Shown: one piece after another, positions 37,617 through 48,000 of the stretch
How positions within the stretch are numbered: position 1 is the first letter of the stretch
How the letters are laid out: each line of letters opens with the position of its first letter
Source: Planctomycetota bacterium
Lineage (GTDB): Bacteria; Planctomycetota; UBA8108; UBA1146; JAJFFE01
Reading direction: 5' to 3'
NCBI GenBank assembly: GCA_050246115.1
Contig: JBFWWP010000024.1
Coordinates: 13,381 to 77,380 of the forward strand
Length of the DNA stretch: 64,000 nt
The notes under the pieces: model-generated
The model's input: the letters and a program-made list of their open reading frames with translations, nothing else
Told to the model about the DNA's origin: nothing
The model's database searches: none
Program-made: the position numbers and the translations under genes

Positions 37617-38945
37617 TCAGAACCTCCCTCGTCGCGTGGTTGCGTCCCGCCGAATCCGCTCGCCGTACTTCTCGTACAGTGAGGTGTGGCGGTTCGCCAA
37701 GTCGACCGGAGTTCCATCGAGCCACAGCCGCAGGACCTTCGTCGTGATTTCCAGCGGATCGCCGTCGGTGAGCTGCAGCGAGGCCACCTTGCCCACCGCG
37801 ATGGAGCCCAGGCGGTCGGCCAAGCCGAAGATCTCCGCGGGCGCCTGGGTGATCGCACGCAACGCGACTTCCGGCGGCAATCCATGGGCAGCCGCCGTTG
37901 CCGCTTCGTACGGAAGATTGCGTGCGTTGCTGGTATCGAACGAGGCGATCGCGAACTTCACCCCCGCTTCGTGGAGGCGCAGAGGCCCGACGAAAGCCTC
38001 GTCGAATGGATCGGACCGATGCCGTGGCAGGTCGTGAACCGGGCCATAGATCACGGGCACGTCGTGCGCGCGCAGAAGCGACGCGACCCGAGGCGCATCC
38101 CGTCCCCCGACCAGCACGCAGCGCAAACCACTCTCGACCGCCCAGCGCACCGCTGCCTCGATGTCCCGCCAGGCATTGGCGTGCAAGAACACCGGCACTT
38201 CTCCACGGACGACGGGAATGAGGGCCTCGCAGCGCAGGTCGATCTCGCTGGCACCCGGTTTGGCCCGCTCGTACGCGCGTGCACGCGCGAACAACTCGTG
38301 GATGCGGGCCAAGTCGCGATCGCGCTGCGCGCGTCGTTCCTCGGTTTTGTCTTCGGGTTCGGCGATCCGCATGGTGGGCCATTGGACGTGCACCCCGACC
38401 GGCGCCTTCACGACCATCTCTTCCCACGTCCACCCGTCGAGCCGCAGCAGGGCAGAACTCCCGGACACCAAGCCTCCGCTCGGCATGGTCTGGACCAACC
38501 CGACGCCCCCGGCGCGCGTCACCGGAATCAGCTCGCTGTCCGGGTTGACCGCGATTTCGGCCCGAACGTTGGGGTTGAGCTCTCCCACCTCACTCGTGTC
38601 GCGGGTGGCGCGCACAGCCTCGATCTCGATCAGACCGAGTTGCGTCCCGCACGCAATGAATGCCGGGTACACCCGAGCCCCGGCTGCGTCGATGCGTTGC
38701 GCGGACGCCGGCACCTCGAGGTCGCGCCCGACGGCCGTGATCACCCCGCGCTCCCAGACAACGGTGCCACGCTCGACCACGGGGCCGTCCACCGGATAGA
38801 TGTCTACGTTCACCAACGCCACGGGACCGTCGTGGCTCGGCGCCGGCACCGGCCCGGCGAACGCAGCCCCCACGATCGCCACGGCGAGGGCCGCGGTCAC
38901 GAGCGCGTTCCGTCCGCCAAGGACGCTACGCGGGCCGCGAGTCAT
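37617..38945 (-). CDS. secreted amidohydrolase family protein
   Basis: Signal-like N-terminus MTRGPRSVLGGRNALVTAALAVAIVGAAFA. Amidohydrolase-fold C-terminal part. ATG 38943-38945 overlaps the upstream stop (ATGA). Confidence 0.78.
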   Translation of the reverse strand: MTRGPRSVLGGRNALVTAALAVAIVGAAFAGPVPAPSHDGPVALVNVDIYPVDGPVVERGTVVWERGVITAVGRDLEVPASAQRIDAAGARVYPAFIACGTQLGLIEIEAVRATRDTSEVGELNPNVRAEIAVNPDSELIPVTRAGGVGLVQTMPSGGLVSGSSALLRLDGWTWEEMVVKAPVGVHVQWPTMRIAEPEDKTEERRAQRDRDLARIHELFARARAYERAKPGASEIDLRCEALIPVVRGEVPVFLHANAWRDIEAAVRWAVESGLRCVLVGGRDAPRVASLLRAHDVPVIYGPVHDLPRHRSDPFDEAFVGPLRLHEAGVKFAIASFDTSNARNLPYEAATAAAHGLPPEVALRAITQAPAEIFGLADRLGSIAVGKVASLQLTDGDPLEITTKVLRLWLDGTPVDLANRHTSLYEKYGERIRRDATTRRGRF

Positions 38946-41900
38946 CGAGGACAACACTGATAGTGCTCCTTGTCTTCCTGGGGCAATGCGTTCTTGCCCG
39001 TTGCCCCACCGGCGTCATCGCCCTCGAGCGCCCGCTGGATGAGGAACCCTCGCCGCGCCTCGTCCGCACGCCGCGCTGCGGCCTCCTCAGCGCGTGAGAA
39101 GTAGCGAGCCCCGTCGATCCACGTCTCGAGACAGACGCTATAGGTCGACAACGGGTCGCCGCTCCAGATCACGAAATCAGCGTCCTTGCCGGGTTCGAGC
39201 GAACCGACCCGATGTTCGATTCCGAGCTGCCGAGCCGGGTTCAGGGTCACGAAGCACAGGGCTTCCTCGCGGGCCACCCCACCGTACTTCACGGCCTTCG
39301 CTGCCTCGGTGTTCAGCCGACGCGCCAGTTCATCGGAGTCGGAGTTGAACGACGTCGTCACTCCTGCCCGATGCAGCAACGCGCCATTGTGCGGGATCGC
39401 GTCGTAGACCTCGAACTTGTACGCCCACCAGTCGCTGAAGGACGATCCGCCGGCACCGTGGCGCGCCATCTCGGGCGCCACTTTGTAGCCCTCGAGTACG
39501 TGCTGGAAAGTGCCGACCCGAAAGCCAAAATCCTCGGCGATGCGAAGAAGCGCCAAGATCTCGTCCTGACGATACGAGTGGCAGTGGATCCAGCGCTTCC
39601 CCTCGAGGATCTCGACGAGCGCCTCGAGTTCGAGGTCGCGGCGCTGCGGTTTGCCCGTTGCGCGCTGATAGGCCCGCGCGGCCGCGAACGAGTCGCGCAA
39701 GATCTGCTCGACGCCCATGCGCGTTTGTGGATACCGCGTCACGAAACCGTCGCCCCAGTTCGATTGCTTGACGTTCTCACCGAGCGCGAACTTGATGGTC
39801 GGCTTGGCATCCGGAATCAGCAACCGCTCCGGGCCCTCCCCCCAACGCAACTTGATCGTCGCCGCTTGCCCGCCGATCGGATTGGCCGAGCCATGGAGCA
39901 ACTGCGCGGCGGTCACCCCGCCAGCCAACTGCCGGTAGATGTTGATGTCGTCGGGATCGATCACGTCGCGGATGCGCACTTCGGACGTCACGGCCTGAGT
40001 CGCCTCGTTGACTCCACCGATGATGGCGGTGTGCGAGTGGGCGTCGACGAGGCCCGGGGTGATATGACTGCCGGGCACGTCGACCACCAAGTCGACCGCG
40101 CCGCCGCCGACCTCGCGCCCGACCGCGACGATCTTCCCGTTCTCGATGAGCACTTCGCCGTCGCGCACCAAACCCTGCGGCCCGCACGTCCACACCTGCG
40201 CGCCACGGACCCGGAGTCGACGGGGACGCACCGGGGCTTCGAGTCGCCCGCGGGCGCCAAGCGGCTGGGCCAAGCGCTCGTCGCTGCGTCCAGGCGGCAC
40301 CTTCGCCGGCCCTGACGCCGGGGCTGGCGACTCCGCCGCTGCTGCCGTGGGCCCCGTCGCTGGCGACCGGCGCCGGGCCTCGAAGGGCGCGGGCGGACCG
40401 TGGCTGCCGGCCGCGAGCCCAGCCCAGCGTTGACCACCGGCTTGCAGAGTACCGTCCGACCGCCACGTGTGGGCGGCCTCAGCCCCGGAAAGCACGAGGG
40501 CGATACGTCCGGCATCCTCGCGCATCCGAGCGTGCGTGAAACGACCGTCGCCTCCCGCCACTTCCACCTTGGGCGCGCCCGGCGAGCCCGTGATCGTCAC
40601 GGTGTACTCGCGCGCATCCACGGTGAACAGCCACTGCCCCCGCAGGTCGCTCGGCGCAAGCACACTGCGCGGATACCGGACGCCATCGATCCAGACCTCT
40701 CGGACCTGCACTCCTTTGGCAAACGGTTGGCCGTCGAGGATCGTCAAGTGCGCCGCCTTGCCCGGCTCGATCGTCCCCCAACGATCGGTGCGCCCGAGCC
40801 AGGCAGCGGGAACGGTCGTGACCGCGGCCAGAGCAGCGGCCCGCGACAATCCGCGATCGCACGCTTCGTGTACGCGGTCCCCGAAGTGTCCGACCGCGTC
40901 GAGACCCCGTGGAGTCAACGCGAACTCGAGTCCGGCGCGTTCGAGACGCGCGGGGTTCTCGGGTGCCCGCGCCCAGAGTTCGAGCGCGCGCAGCGAGACC
41001 TCCCGCTCATCCGCCAACAGATCCACGACCGGCGCCCGCGGGAAGGCGACCGGGATCACGCAGCGAGGTCGATGCGGCACCAAGAGATCGAGCCAGGTGA
41101 ACTCCGTCCCGCTCCCCGCATACCACCCCGCGGAAAGGCCGAATTCCTGCGCGAACTCGATCGCGCGCAGGAACTCCAACGGGTCGCTCACTCGCATGAC
41201 CCAGGGCATCTCTCGGGCCAGCACCGGCGCCAAAGCAGCCAGAGAGAGATCGAGATCGGGCGGCTCCTGCCCACTGCGCGAAGCTTCAGCCCGCGCTTCC
41301 TGGTACCACTGCGCGTCGTAGAACGCTTGCCGCAACAGAGCCATGGCTCCCATGCGCGATCCAGGGTACGACGACGAGTCGTCGCGATGCCTTGCAAACG
41401 AGCCGAACGACGCTACCGAACCTCCCTGGAGGCGCGGCGCCCGTGGAGAGTCGTCGCCGAAGGCGAAGATGGCGCCAGTCCCCGAGAACACCTTGTCAGC
41501 CGGGGAAACGAGCCCCAGAACGAAGCCGGCCTCGCGCCGCTGGCGGAGTTGCTCCGGCTCCGGAACCCAATCGGCCGCCGAACGCTCGGGCCGGACGAAG
41601 TCGTTCCAATAGCGACCCGCGGCGGTGCTGGCGGAAGGCGGCGAGTCCGAGTTCTCGGCGTCAGAGTTCTCGGTCCGCGTTGGCGCCTGGCCACGCCCAG
41701 CCGGCGCCAGCTCCACGCGAACGTCGAGATCGATCCACCCGGCCGTCGCGACGCATCCGGACAGATCGACGATGACGGCGTCGGGAGGTGGCTCCACGGC
41801 ACCGACCGCTTCGATCCTGCCATCGCGCACCACCACCGTGGCGTCGGAGAGTTGGCGGTGGGGCGTCACCCAGAGTTCGAGTCCGCGAAGCGCGTAAACC

Positions 41901-42016
41901 TGGGGAGCCCGATCTTCGATGCCCACGCGCGGGGTGGTCTGCGCTGTGACCCGGGGCCCGATCGAGTCGGTAAGGACGCCGAGAATCGCAAGCACGAGCA
42001 CGACGGGGCGCTGCAT
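38942..42016 (-). CDS. large secreted amidohydrolase family protein
   Basis: Signal peptide MQRPVVLVLAILGVLTDSIGPRVTAQ from ATG 42014-42016. Metal-binding VDAHSHTAI. About 1020 aa. Confidence 0.8.
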   Translation of the reverse strand: MQRPVVLVLAILGVLTDSIGPRVTAQTTPRVGIEDRAPQVYALRGLELWVTPHRQLSDATVVVRDGRIEAVGAVEPPPDAVIVDLSGCVATAGWIDLDVRVELAPAGRGQAPTRTENSDAENSDSPPSASTAAGRYWNDFVRPERSAADWVPEPEQLRQRREAGFVLGLVSPADKVFSGTGAIFAFGDDSPRAPRLQGGSVASFGSFARHRDDSSSYPGSRMGAMALLRQAFYDAQWYQEARAEASRSGQEPPDLDLSLAALAPVLAREMPWVMRVSDPLEFLRAIEFAQEFGLSAGWYAGSGTEFTWLDLLVPHRPRCVIPVAFPRAPVVDLLADEREVSLRALELWARAPENPARLERAGLEFALTPRGLDAVGHFGDRVHEACDRGLSRAAALAAVTTVPAAWLGRTDRWGTIEPGKAAHLTILDGQPFAKGVQVREVWIDGVRYPRSVLAPSDLRGQWLFTVDAREYTVTITGSPGAPKVEVAGGDGRFTHARMREDAGRIALVLSGAEAAHTWRSDGTLQAGGQRWAGLAAGSHGPPAPFEARRRSPATGPTAAAAESPAPASGPAKVPPGRSDERLAQPLGARGRLEAPVRPRRLRVRGAQVWTCGPQGLVRDGEVLIENGKIVAVGREVGGGAVDLVVDVPGSHITPGLVDAHSHTAIIGGVNEATQAVTSEVRIRDVIDPDDINIYRQLAGGVTAAQLLHGSANPIGGQAATIKLRWGEGPERLLIPDAKPTIKFALGENVKQSNWGDGFVTRYPQTRMGVEQILRDSFAAARAYQRATGKPQRRDLELEALVEILEGKRWIHCHSYRQDEILALLRIAEDFGFRVGTFQHVLEGYKVAPEMARHGAGGSSFSDWWAYKFEVYDAIPHNGALLHRAGVTTSFNSDSDELARRLNTEAAKAVKYGGVAREEALCFVTLNPARQLGIEHRVGSLEPGKDADFVIWSGDPLSTYSVCLETWIDGARYFSRAEEAAARRADEARRGFLIQRALEGDDAGGATGKNALPQEDKEHYQCCPR

Positions 42017-42277
42017 GGTGCCCTTTCGGTTGGGTCCGGTCACGGCAGCCCTCGCGGCGCGCGGTCTGCGCGAGCGGCTGAGCTTCGTCGCCGAGTCGAT
42101 CGTTCCGACCGAGGCCGGTGGGCGGAATGCTACTGTGGGGCGCCGGGGACTGCCAGACTTCGGACGCGGGCCAAGAACTTTCTGCGGTGACGGCGTGCCT
42201 GAGGAGCAGGCGGTCCCGGGTCCTGTCCTTGGCGGGAACTCGACAGCGAGCGCGGGCACTGAACCGGGCGTCGCCGA

Positions 42278-42760
42278 CTACTGGAGCATCGCGGCCAATT
42301 CTTGGATGCTGCAGACGTCGCGCCCGAACAGCAGAGTGGCGGCCCCGACGTTACGAACCTCGTCGATGTTGGCCGGATAGTCGTCCACGAACAGCGTATC
42401 GCGCGGGTCGATCTGTTCTTGGTCGAGATCGCGGAAGGCTTTCAGGATGTTCAGCACCGCAGTGCCCTTCTCCTGCCAACCGTACTGCGGATAGCGGAAG
42501 TGATGGCGGATCTCGAACAGCGTCAGCAGTTCCTCGCACACCGCCGCATCACTACGACTCGCGAGCGAGATGAACTTGTGCTTCCGCTCGAGATTGCGGA
42601 GCAAGGCCCGCACCCCGGGGAACAGGCTCACGAGCGCACTGCTCGACTCGACGTCGTGGGTCCCCACCCGGCGAAACGGTCCGCGCAGCGGCTCCAGGCT
42701 CTTCTGTTGCACGGTCCAAAGGGTCTCGTCGAGATCGAAGACGAAGAGACGATAACGCAT
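42278..42760 (-). CDS. HAD-superfamily phosphatase (MDP-1-like)
   Basis: N-terminal FVFDLDETLW (DxDxT motif) and LFVDDYPANI near the C-terminus. Confidence 0.75.
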   Translation of the reverse strand: MRYRLFVFDLDETLWTVQQKSLEPLRGPFRRVGTHDVESSSALVSLFPGVRALLRNLERKHKFISLASRSDAAVCEELLTLFEIRHHFRYPQYGWQEKGTAVLNILKAFRDLDQEQIDPRDTLFVDDYPANIDEVRNVGAATLLFGRDVCSIQELAAMLQ

Positions 42761-42768
42761 TCGCGCCT

Positions 42769-43335
42769 CTACTCCTGCTCGTGGGGGGACGGGTTCCAGG
42801 ACTCGAACAACGGCAGCACCTCATAGAGAATGCAATCGGAGACCTCGACCCACGACTGAAGCTCGATCTGCTGGGACAGCCCTCGCAACGCCTCCGGAAT
42901 CCGCTCGAGTTGAATCGGCGGCTCCTCGGACCGAGCGGCGTACACCATTTGCAGCCCCGCGAGTGCGACTCGGAGTTCCTCGAGCAGAGCCGGCAACTGA
43001 GCCAGTCCCGTTCGCCAGTCCCCGCGTGAGAACCGTTCCCCCAATTCGGTGAGCTGCGAGCGAAATGCCGGCATCGCGGCCGCAATCTGCCGCTCGATGT
43101 GGTCGGCCTGGAACTCCGCGGGGCCAGCCTCGACGACGATCTCCTGAACCCCGGTGGGAGCGAGTCGCTCCAAGCGCTCCAGCGAGGTCTCGACCCCATT
43201 CACGCGCACCCCCAGCAGACTCCAGCCCCGTTCGGTCACGTGGGCTCGCAAGCGAGCGACCCACTCTGGCCACGCCGCGGAGGTCGTCGGTATCGCCTCC
43301 CAGAGCTGCCCGTTCAGTACTGCGCGCGTCGGCAA
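42769..43335 (-). CDS. hypothetical protein
   Basis: 188-aa ORF with TTG start and GGAGGAG upstream. Normal amino-acid composition. No recognisable motif. Confidence 0.45.
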   Translation of the reverse strand: MPTRAVLNGQLWEAIPTTSAAWPEWVARLRAHVTERGWSLLGVRVNGVETSLERLERLAPTGVQEIVVEAGPAEFQADHIERQIAAAMPAFRSQLTELGERFSRGDWRTGLAQLPALLEELRVALAGLQMVYAARSEEPPIQLERIPEALRGLSQQIELQSWVEVSDCILYEVLPLFESWNPSPHEQE

Positions 43336-43448
43336 GTGACCTGCTCTCCTCCCGGTGGGGCCCAGAAGATGGTACGGGCCGAGAATCCGCGCAAGGGTCT
43401 ACCCGAAAGCACCGATAGCGAGAAGGAAAACCAGAGTCGGGGGGTCTC

Positions 43449-44483
43449 GTGAAACGTCAACGCTCTCTCTTCATCATTTCTTGCCTGAGTCTTTGCGCCG
43501 CAGCGCCGTCAGGGTGCCACAGCACCGGGTATCGCGACCCCATCACGGCGTTGCCCACCATCGCCGACGTTCCGGGTACCGCCGACGATCAGCCCTACGG
43601 CCCTTGGCATCGCGTCACGGACGGCGAGATCGGCGAGGACCTGTTCCCGGCGCCGCTGCCCGACGGATCGGGCGTGGTGTTTGCCTCCAATCGACACAGC
43701 GAGTACTTCAAGCTCTACTTCCAGGCCGAGCCAGCGGGCCACGTCGTGCGTCAGATCACGCACGGGCCCGGCCACGACGTCCACCCCGCGGTCGCTCCCG
43801 ACGGCGTGCGCGTAGCCTTCGCGTCCAACCGCACGGGCGACTGGCGGCTGTACGTGGCGGCTCACCTCGAAGACCGCTCTCCGAAGCGACTCTCGGACGA
43901 AGAAGTCGCGGAGATCCATCCGCGCTGGTCGCCGGATGGGCGCAGCCTCGTGTACTCGCGGCTGTCGCCGGTGAGCGGCCAATGGGAGGTCTGGATCCGA
44001 GATCTCGAAGGGGCCGCCCGCCGGATCACGGAAGGCCTCTTTCCCGAGATCCACCCGGACGGCGATCGCGTGGTGTTCCAACGACCGCGCCGACGCGGCG
44101 ACATGTGGTACTCGATCTGGACCGTTGCGCTCGATGGGACCCGTGAGACCGAGATCGTGTCTGGGCAACATCACGGCGTGACCCACCCGAGTTGGTCGGC
44201 TGACGGACAGTGGATCGTCTACAGTACCGCGAGCGGTGATGGGTTCGAGGCTGGCGCCCGGGGAACCCCTCCCGGCGGGAGCGGCGCTCGCACCGTGGGC
44301 CGGGACGAAGCGGGCACAACCCGGGGTCGTGATCTCTACATGATCCGCGTGGACGGTCTCCACGAGCGTCGTTTGACCTTCCAAGACGCCCCGGAGTGGG
44401 GTCCGGTATGGGCGCGCGACGGCTGGGTCTACTTCTGCGCGGAGGAAGGCGGCACGACCGCCCTCTGGCGCTTGCGGCCCTGA
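43449..44483 (+). CDS. TolB-like beta-propeller lipoprotein (PD40/WD40-like repeats)
   Basis: Lipobox SLCAAAPSGC. Repeats HPAVAPDGVRVAFASNRTGDWRLY, HPRWSPDGRSLVYSR, HPSWSADGQWIVYS. Confidence 0.8.
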   Translation: MKRQRSLFIISCLSLCAAAPSGCHSTGYRDPITALPTIADVPGTADDQPYGPWHRVTDGEIGEDLFPAPLPDGSGVVFASNRHSEYFKLYFQAEPAGHVVRQITHGPGHDVHPAVAPDGVRVAFASNRTGDWRLYVAAHLEDRSPKRLSDEEVAEIHPRWSPDGRSLVYSRLSPVSGQWEVWIRDLEGAARRITEGLFPEIHPDGDRVVFQRPRRRGDMWYSIWTVALDGTRETEIVSGQHHGVTHPSWSADGQWIVYSTASGDGFEAGARGTPPGGSGARTVGRDEAGTTRGRDLYMIRVDGLHERRLTFQDAPEWGPVWARDGWVYFCAEEGGTTALWRLRP

Positions 44484-44551
44484 GAGCGCCTCCCGACCCG
44501 ATTCCTCGAGCGAGCGCTGGTTCGAGCACGAAGCGCTGCCGGGAACGCGAC

Positions 44552-44998
44552 TCACCCTTGCACGGAGAAGGTCGAACTCGCGGGCGGCTTGGAAACGGGC
44601 GATTGCTTCTCGCGGCGGGCCTTCTCGACGGCTTCGCGCCACATGTCACGAATCTGGCGCAGCACCTGGATTCCCTCGTCGATCTTCACGATGTCACCCT
44701 CGATGTTGCCTTCGAAGAAGCGCGTGAAGGTGAACTGATACAGGCTCTGTAGCCTCTGAAACAGCTCGAGGCCGATGGCCGGACTCAAGGCTCCCATCAG
44801 CTCGAGAACGATCTTCTGCGCGCGAACGAGTTGGTCGTGGCGACGATCCGCTTCACCCTCCGCCCCCTTCTCGAGTTCGAGCCGGGCGCCTTCGGCAAAG
44901 CGCACGCCGCCGTCGAGGAGGAGCAGGAGTAGGTCATCCTTGGCCGCGGTCTCGATCTGGACCTGACGATAGCGTTGCGTGGGGTGGTGTCCGCTCAC
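44552..44998 (-). CDS. fliS: flagellar export chaperone FliS
   Basis: YRQVQIETAAKDDLLLLLLDGGVRF...LVRAQKIVLELMGAL...LQSLYQFTFTRF. Confidence 0.88.
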   Translation of the reverse strand: MSGHHPTQRYRQVQIETAAKDDLLLLLLDGGVRFAEGARLELEKGAEGEADRRHDQLVRAQKIVLELMGALSPAIGLELFQRLQSLYQFTFTRFFEGNIEGDIVKIDEGIQVLRQIRDMWREAVEKARREKQSPVSKPPASSTFSVQG

Positions 44999-45006
44999 GG
45001 CGAGGC

Positions 45007-48000
45007 CTACCGGCCGCCCCCGAGGCCAGACAGCGCCGCGGTGAGACGCTGCAGCGTCGCTTGCGATGACTGCATGACCTGCTCGAGGTTGGCGAACTGA
45101 CGCCGGAGCCGACCCTCGCGCTGGGTGAGGCGCTCCTCGGCGGCCTCGATGCGCTTCTCGAGCGCCTCGATGATTTGGTCGAAACCGTCCGAACGTGTCT
45201 GGATCACGCCATCCGTGGTGTTCACGAGCGCCTCGACCGCATCCGACAAGCGACCCCCGACCCCGACGTCCCCCGAGAGATCGATCGCAAAGCCGGTCAG
45301 CGTGGAACCGCCGGTGACGTTCGCCGAACGATTGAGGCCCAGATCGTTGAAGGCCGTGGAGCCGCCGACCGCGGTCACTCGCAAGCTGCTGCCCCCGGTC
45401 GTGAGGTCTTCGAGCACGATCGAGTTGCCGGTCGCAGCGAGAGCCGCGGTCACATTGCCGCCGCCGGCGTTATTGATCGCCTCCAGGACATCCTCCAGCG
45501 TGACCGCTCCGTCGAGGTCGACGTCGACCTGGCTACCGTCGCGCAGTTGAATCCGGAACTCCGCGCCCGATCCGGTCGTGTCCACGCCCTGACCGTTGTT
45601 GAAGTCGGCGAGGGGCGTGGTGCCGGTGAGGGTTCGTGGAGCGGTGAAGAAGCGCTCTACCGCAGCGGGGTCCGCCGCGAGCGCCGCGGCGAACTCCGTG
45701 CGATCGAGAGTCACACGGTCCCCGGTCACGCGCAATCCGAGCTGCGCGGCGAGAGAGTAGCGGTTGCCGGTCTCGGCCAGGGGGCGCGTGAGGCTGCGCA
45801 GCAAGTTGTCCTTCAGACCGCGCAGCGTACCATCGCCAACCAGCAGCCCTTGAGTGTTGGCCTCGAGATCGAAGGCGGTGAGGTCGTTGATCACGCTCAG
45901 CACATCGTTGAAGCGCGCCAACAACTCCTCGACTTCATCGACGACCGCCTCCGAGTCGCGCTGAATCGTCACTCGCACCGGTGATGCGTCTACTTCCTGG
46001 GCCGTGATGGTCAGTCCTTCGACGACGTTCGAGTAGCTGTTCGAGCGGCTGCGCAGCAGCACCGGTTGCGTTCCGGCCCCACTCTCTCCATAGAAGACCA
46101 CGCCGTCTTGCGCCCGCGCGGTCTCCTGGAAGCTGAGGTTGCTCCCGACGACATCGACGAGCAAACGCGACCCCGCGCCCGTTTGGTTGCTCACGAGGCT
46201 GAGCCGAAACGGGTTCTGCCCCGAACCATCGTTGACGACGCTCACCGCGACATCGAGACCGAGATCGGCGATGGCAGCTCTGACGTCGTCCAGCGTGTCG
46301 TCGGCGCCGATCGTGATCGACTTCTCGAAAGCTCCGTCGATCACATTGGGAGTTCCAGCTTCGGCGCTACCGAGAATGTTGAGGTCGCGCGCCGTGCGGC
46401 CACCGGCAACCTCTTCGATGCGAAGCGTGCCGGCACCGGCCGAGGACGTGATCAGGAGGCCGTTTCCGTCGGCGTTGATGCCCACGGTGACGGCGCTACC
46501 GACCACCGACGCCGCACCCTGGATGTCGCGGATGATCTCGCCGATCGTGTCTTCCTGCGACAGGTCCACCGTGAAGGCGATCCCCGCGGAATCGACGATC
46601 CGAACCGACCCACCCGCGACGCCACGCCCTCCGTTCAGACTCGACAACCGCGTGTTCTCGTGGATGTAGCGTGGATCGAGGTCGGTCCCCTGCAACGTGG
46701 TAGTCGTGACCGGGCCGACCAATAGACCCAGGTCTGCCGCGGTCGTACTGCCGGCTTCGGAAACCTGCAGGGCGCCGTTCCCGCCGGAGGTGTCGCGCAA
46801 GAGCAAGCCGTTGCCATTGGGGGTCGTGCTCGCCGTGACTCCAGCGCCTGCAGCATTGATGGCGCGAATCACGTCCTGGAGCGTCTCCGCGGCCGACAGG
46901 TCGATCGCCGTGCTGGCGCCGGCCCGGTTCTGGACCAGAATCGAGCCGCTCGCGACACCGCTACCACCGCGAAGTGTCGCGAGCAGGACATCGTTCAGGC
47001 CCGCGAGTACGCGCGTGCCGTTCGCGGTCCCACCGCCGTGCGTGCCGGCCAAGCCAAGGTCGCTGGCTGCGCTGCCGACCGTGGCGTTCGCGACGACGAG
47101 GGAGCCGCCCCCACCGGATGTGTCCAGAAGATCGAAGCCGTCGCCGGTGGCATTGACCGAGAGCGTGAGGTTCCCGCCGGTTGCCGTGGTCACGGCGTCG
47201 ATCAGGTCCTGCACCGTGCTCAACGAGTCGACGTCCACGCCTGCCGTGGATCCGTCCGTCAGGGTGAACAGCAGGTCGGCGGCGGCGCTGCCGCTGCCGC
47301 GCAGGCCCAGCCCGTCGCCCAGCCCCGAGAGGAGCGAGTCCACGCCGAGGGTGCGAATCGCACTGCCCGCGAGCGTTCCCACCGCGCTGCCGAGAATCCC
47401 GAGGTCGGCAGCGGTTTGCCCGGTGCCGATCTCCTCGACCTGCAACGAACCGGGGCCCCCGGATTGATCGACCAACACCAGGGCGCGGCCCACGTTGGTG
47501 GTGCCCGTGCCCGCAACCTGCGCGACGACGTCAACTCCGGTCGCGTCGTTGATCGCAGCGATGACGTCGTCGACCGTGATCGCGGTGCTGAGGTCGACCA
47601 CCGCCGTGTTGCCCGCGCCATCCGTGACGCGAATCGACCCCCGTGCGACCCCTAGCCCCCCGTTGAGCGCATCGAGTTCGGTAGCACCGTCTACGAAGCC
47701 ACCCCCCAGCTCCAAGCTGAGCGTCCCGGCGCCGACCGGTGAAGCGTCGGCCGTGGCAAAGCCCCGTGACACGAACTGACTACCGCGGGCAAGCTGCGCG
47801 ACCCGGAAGCTGTAGGTGCCCGGCGGAACCCCGGGCCCGGCGGAGGCCACGAGGGTCTCCGGTCGAGTCGAGCTCACAGAGACTGCCTTGAACGTCGAGG
47901 GGTTTGCCAAGCGCCCGGCGGAAACCTGTAGGTTCAGCAAGCGTGCCGAGAGATCGAGGAACGCCGTCTGACGGCTCCGCGCCAACTCCACCTGGTTGGT

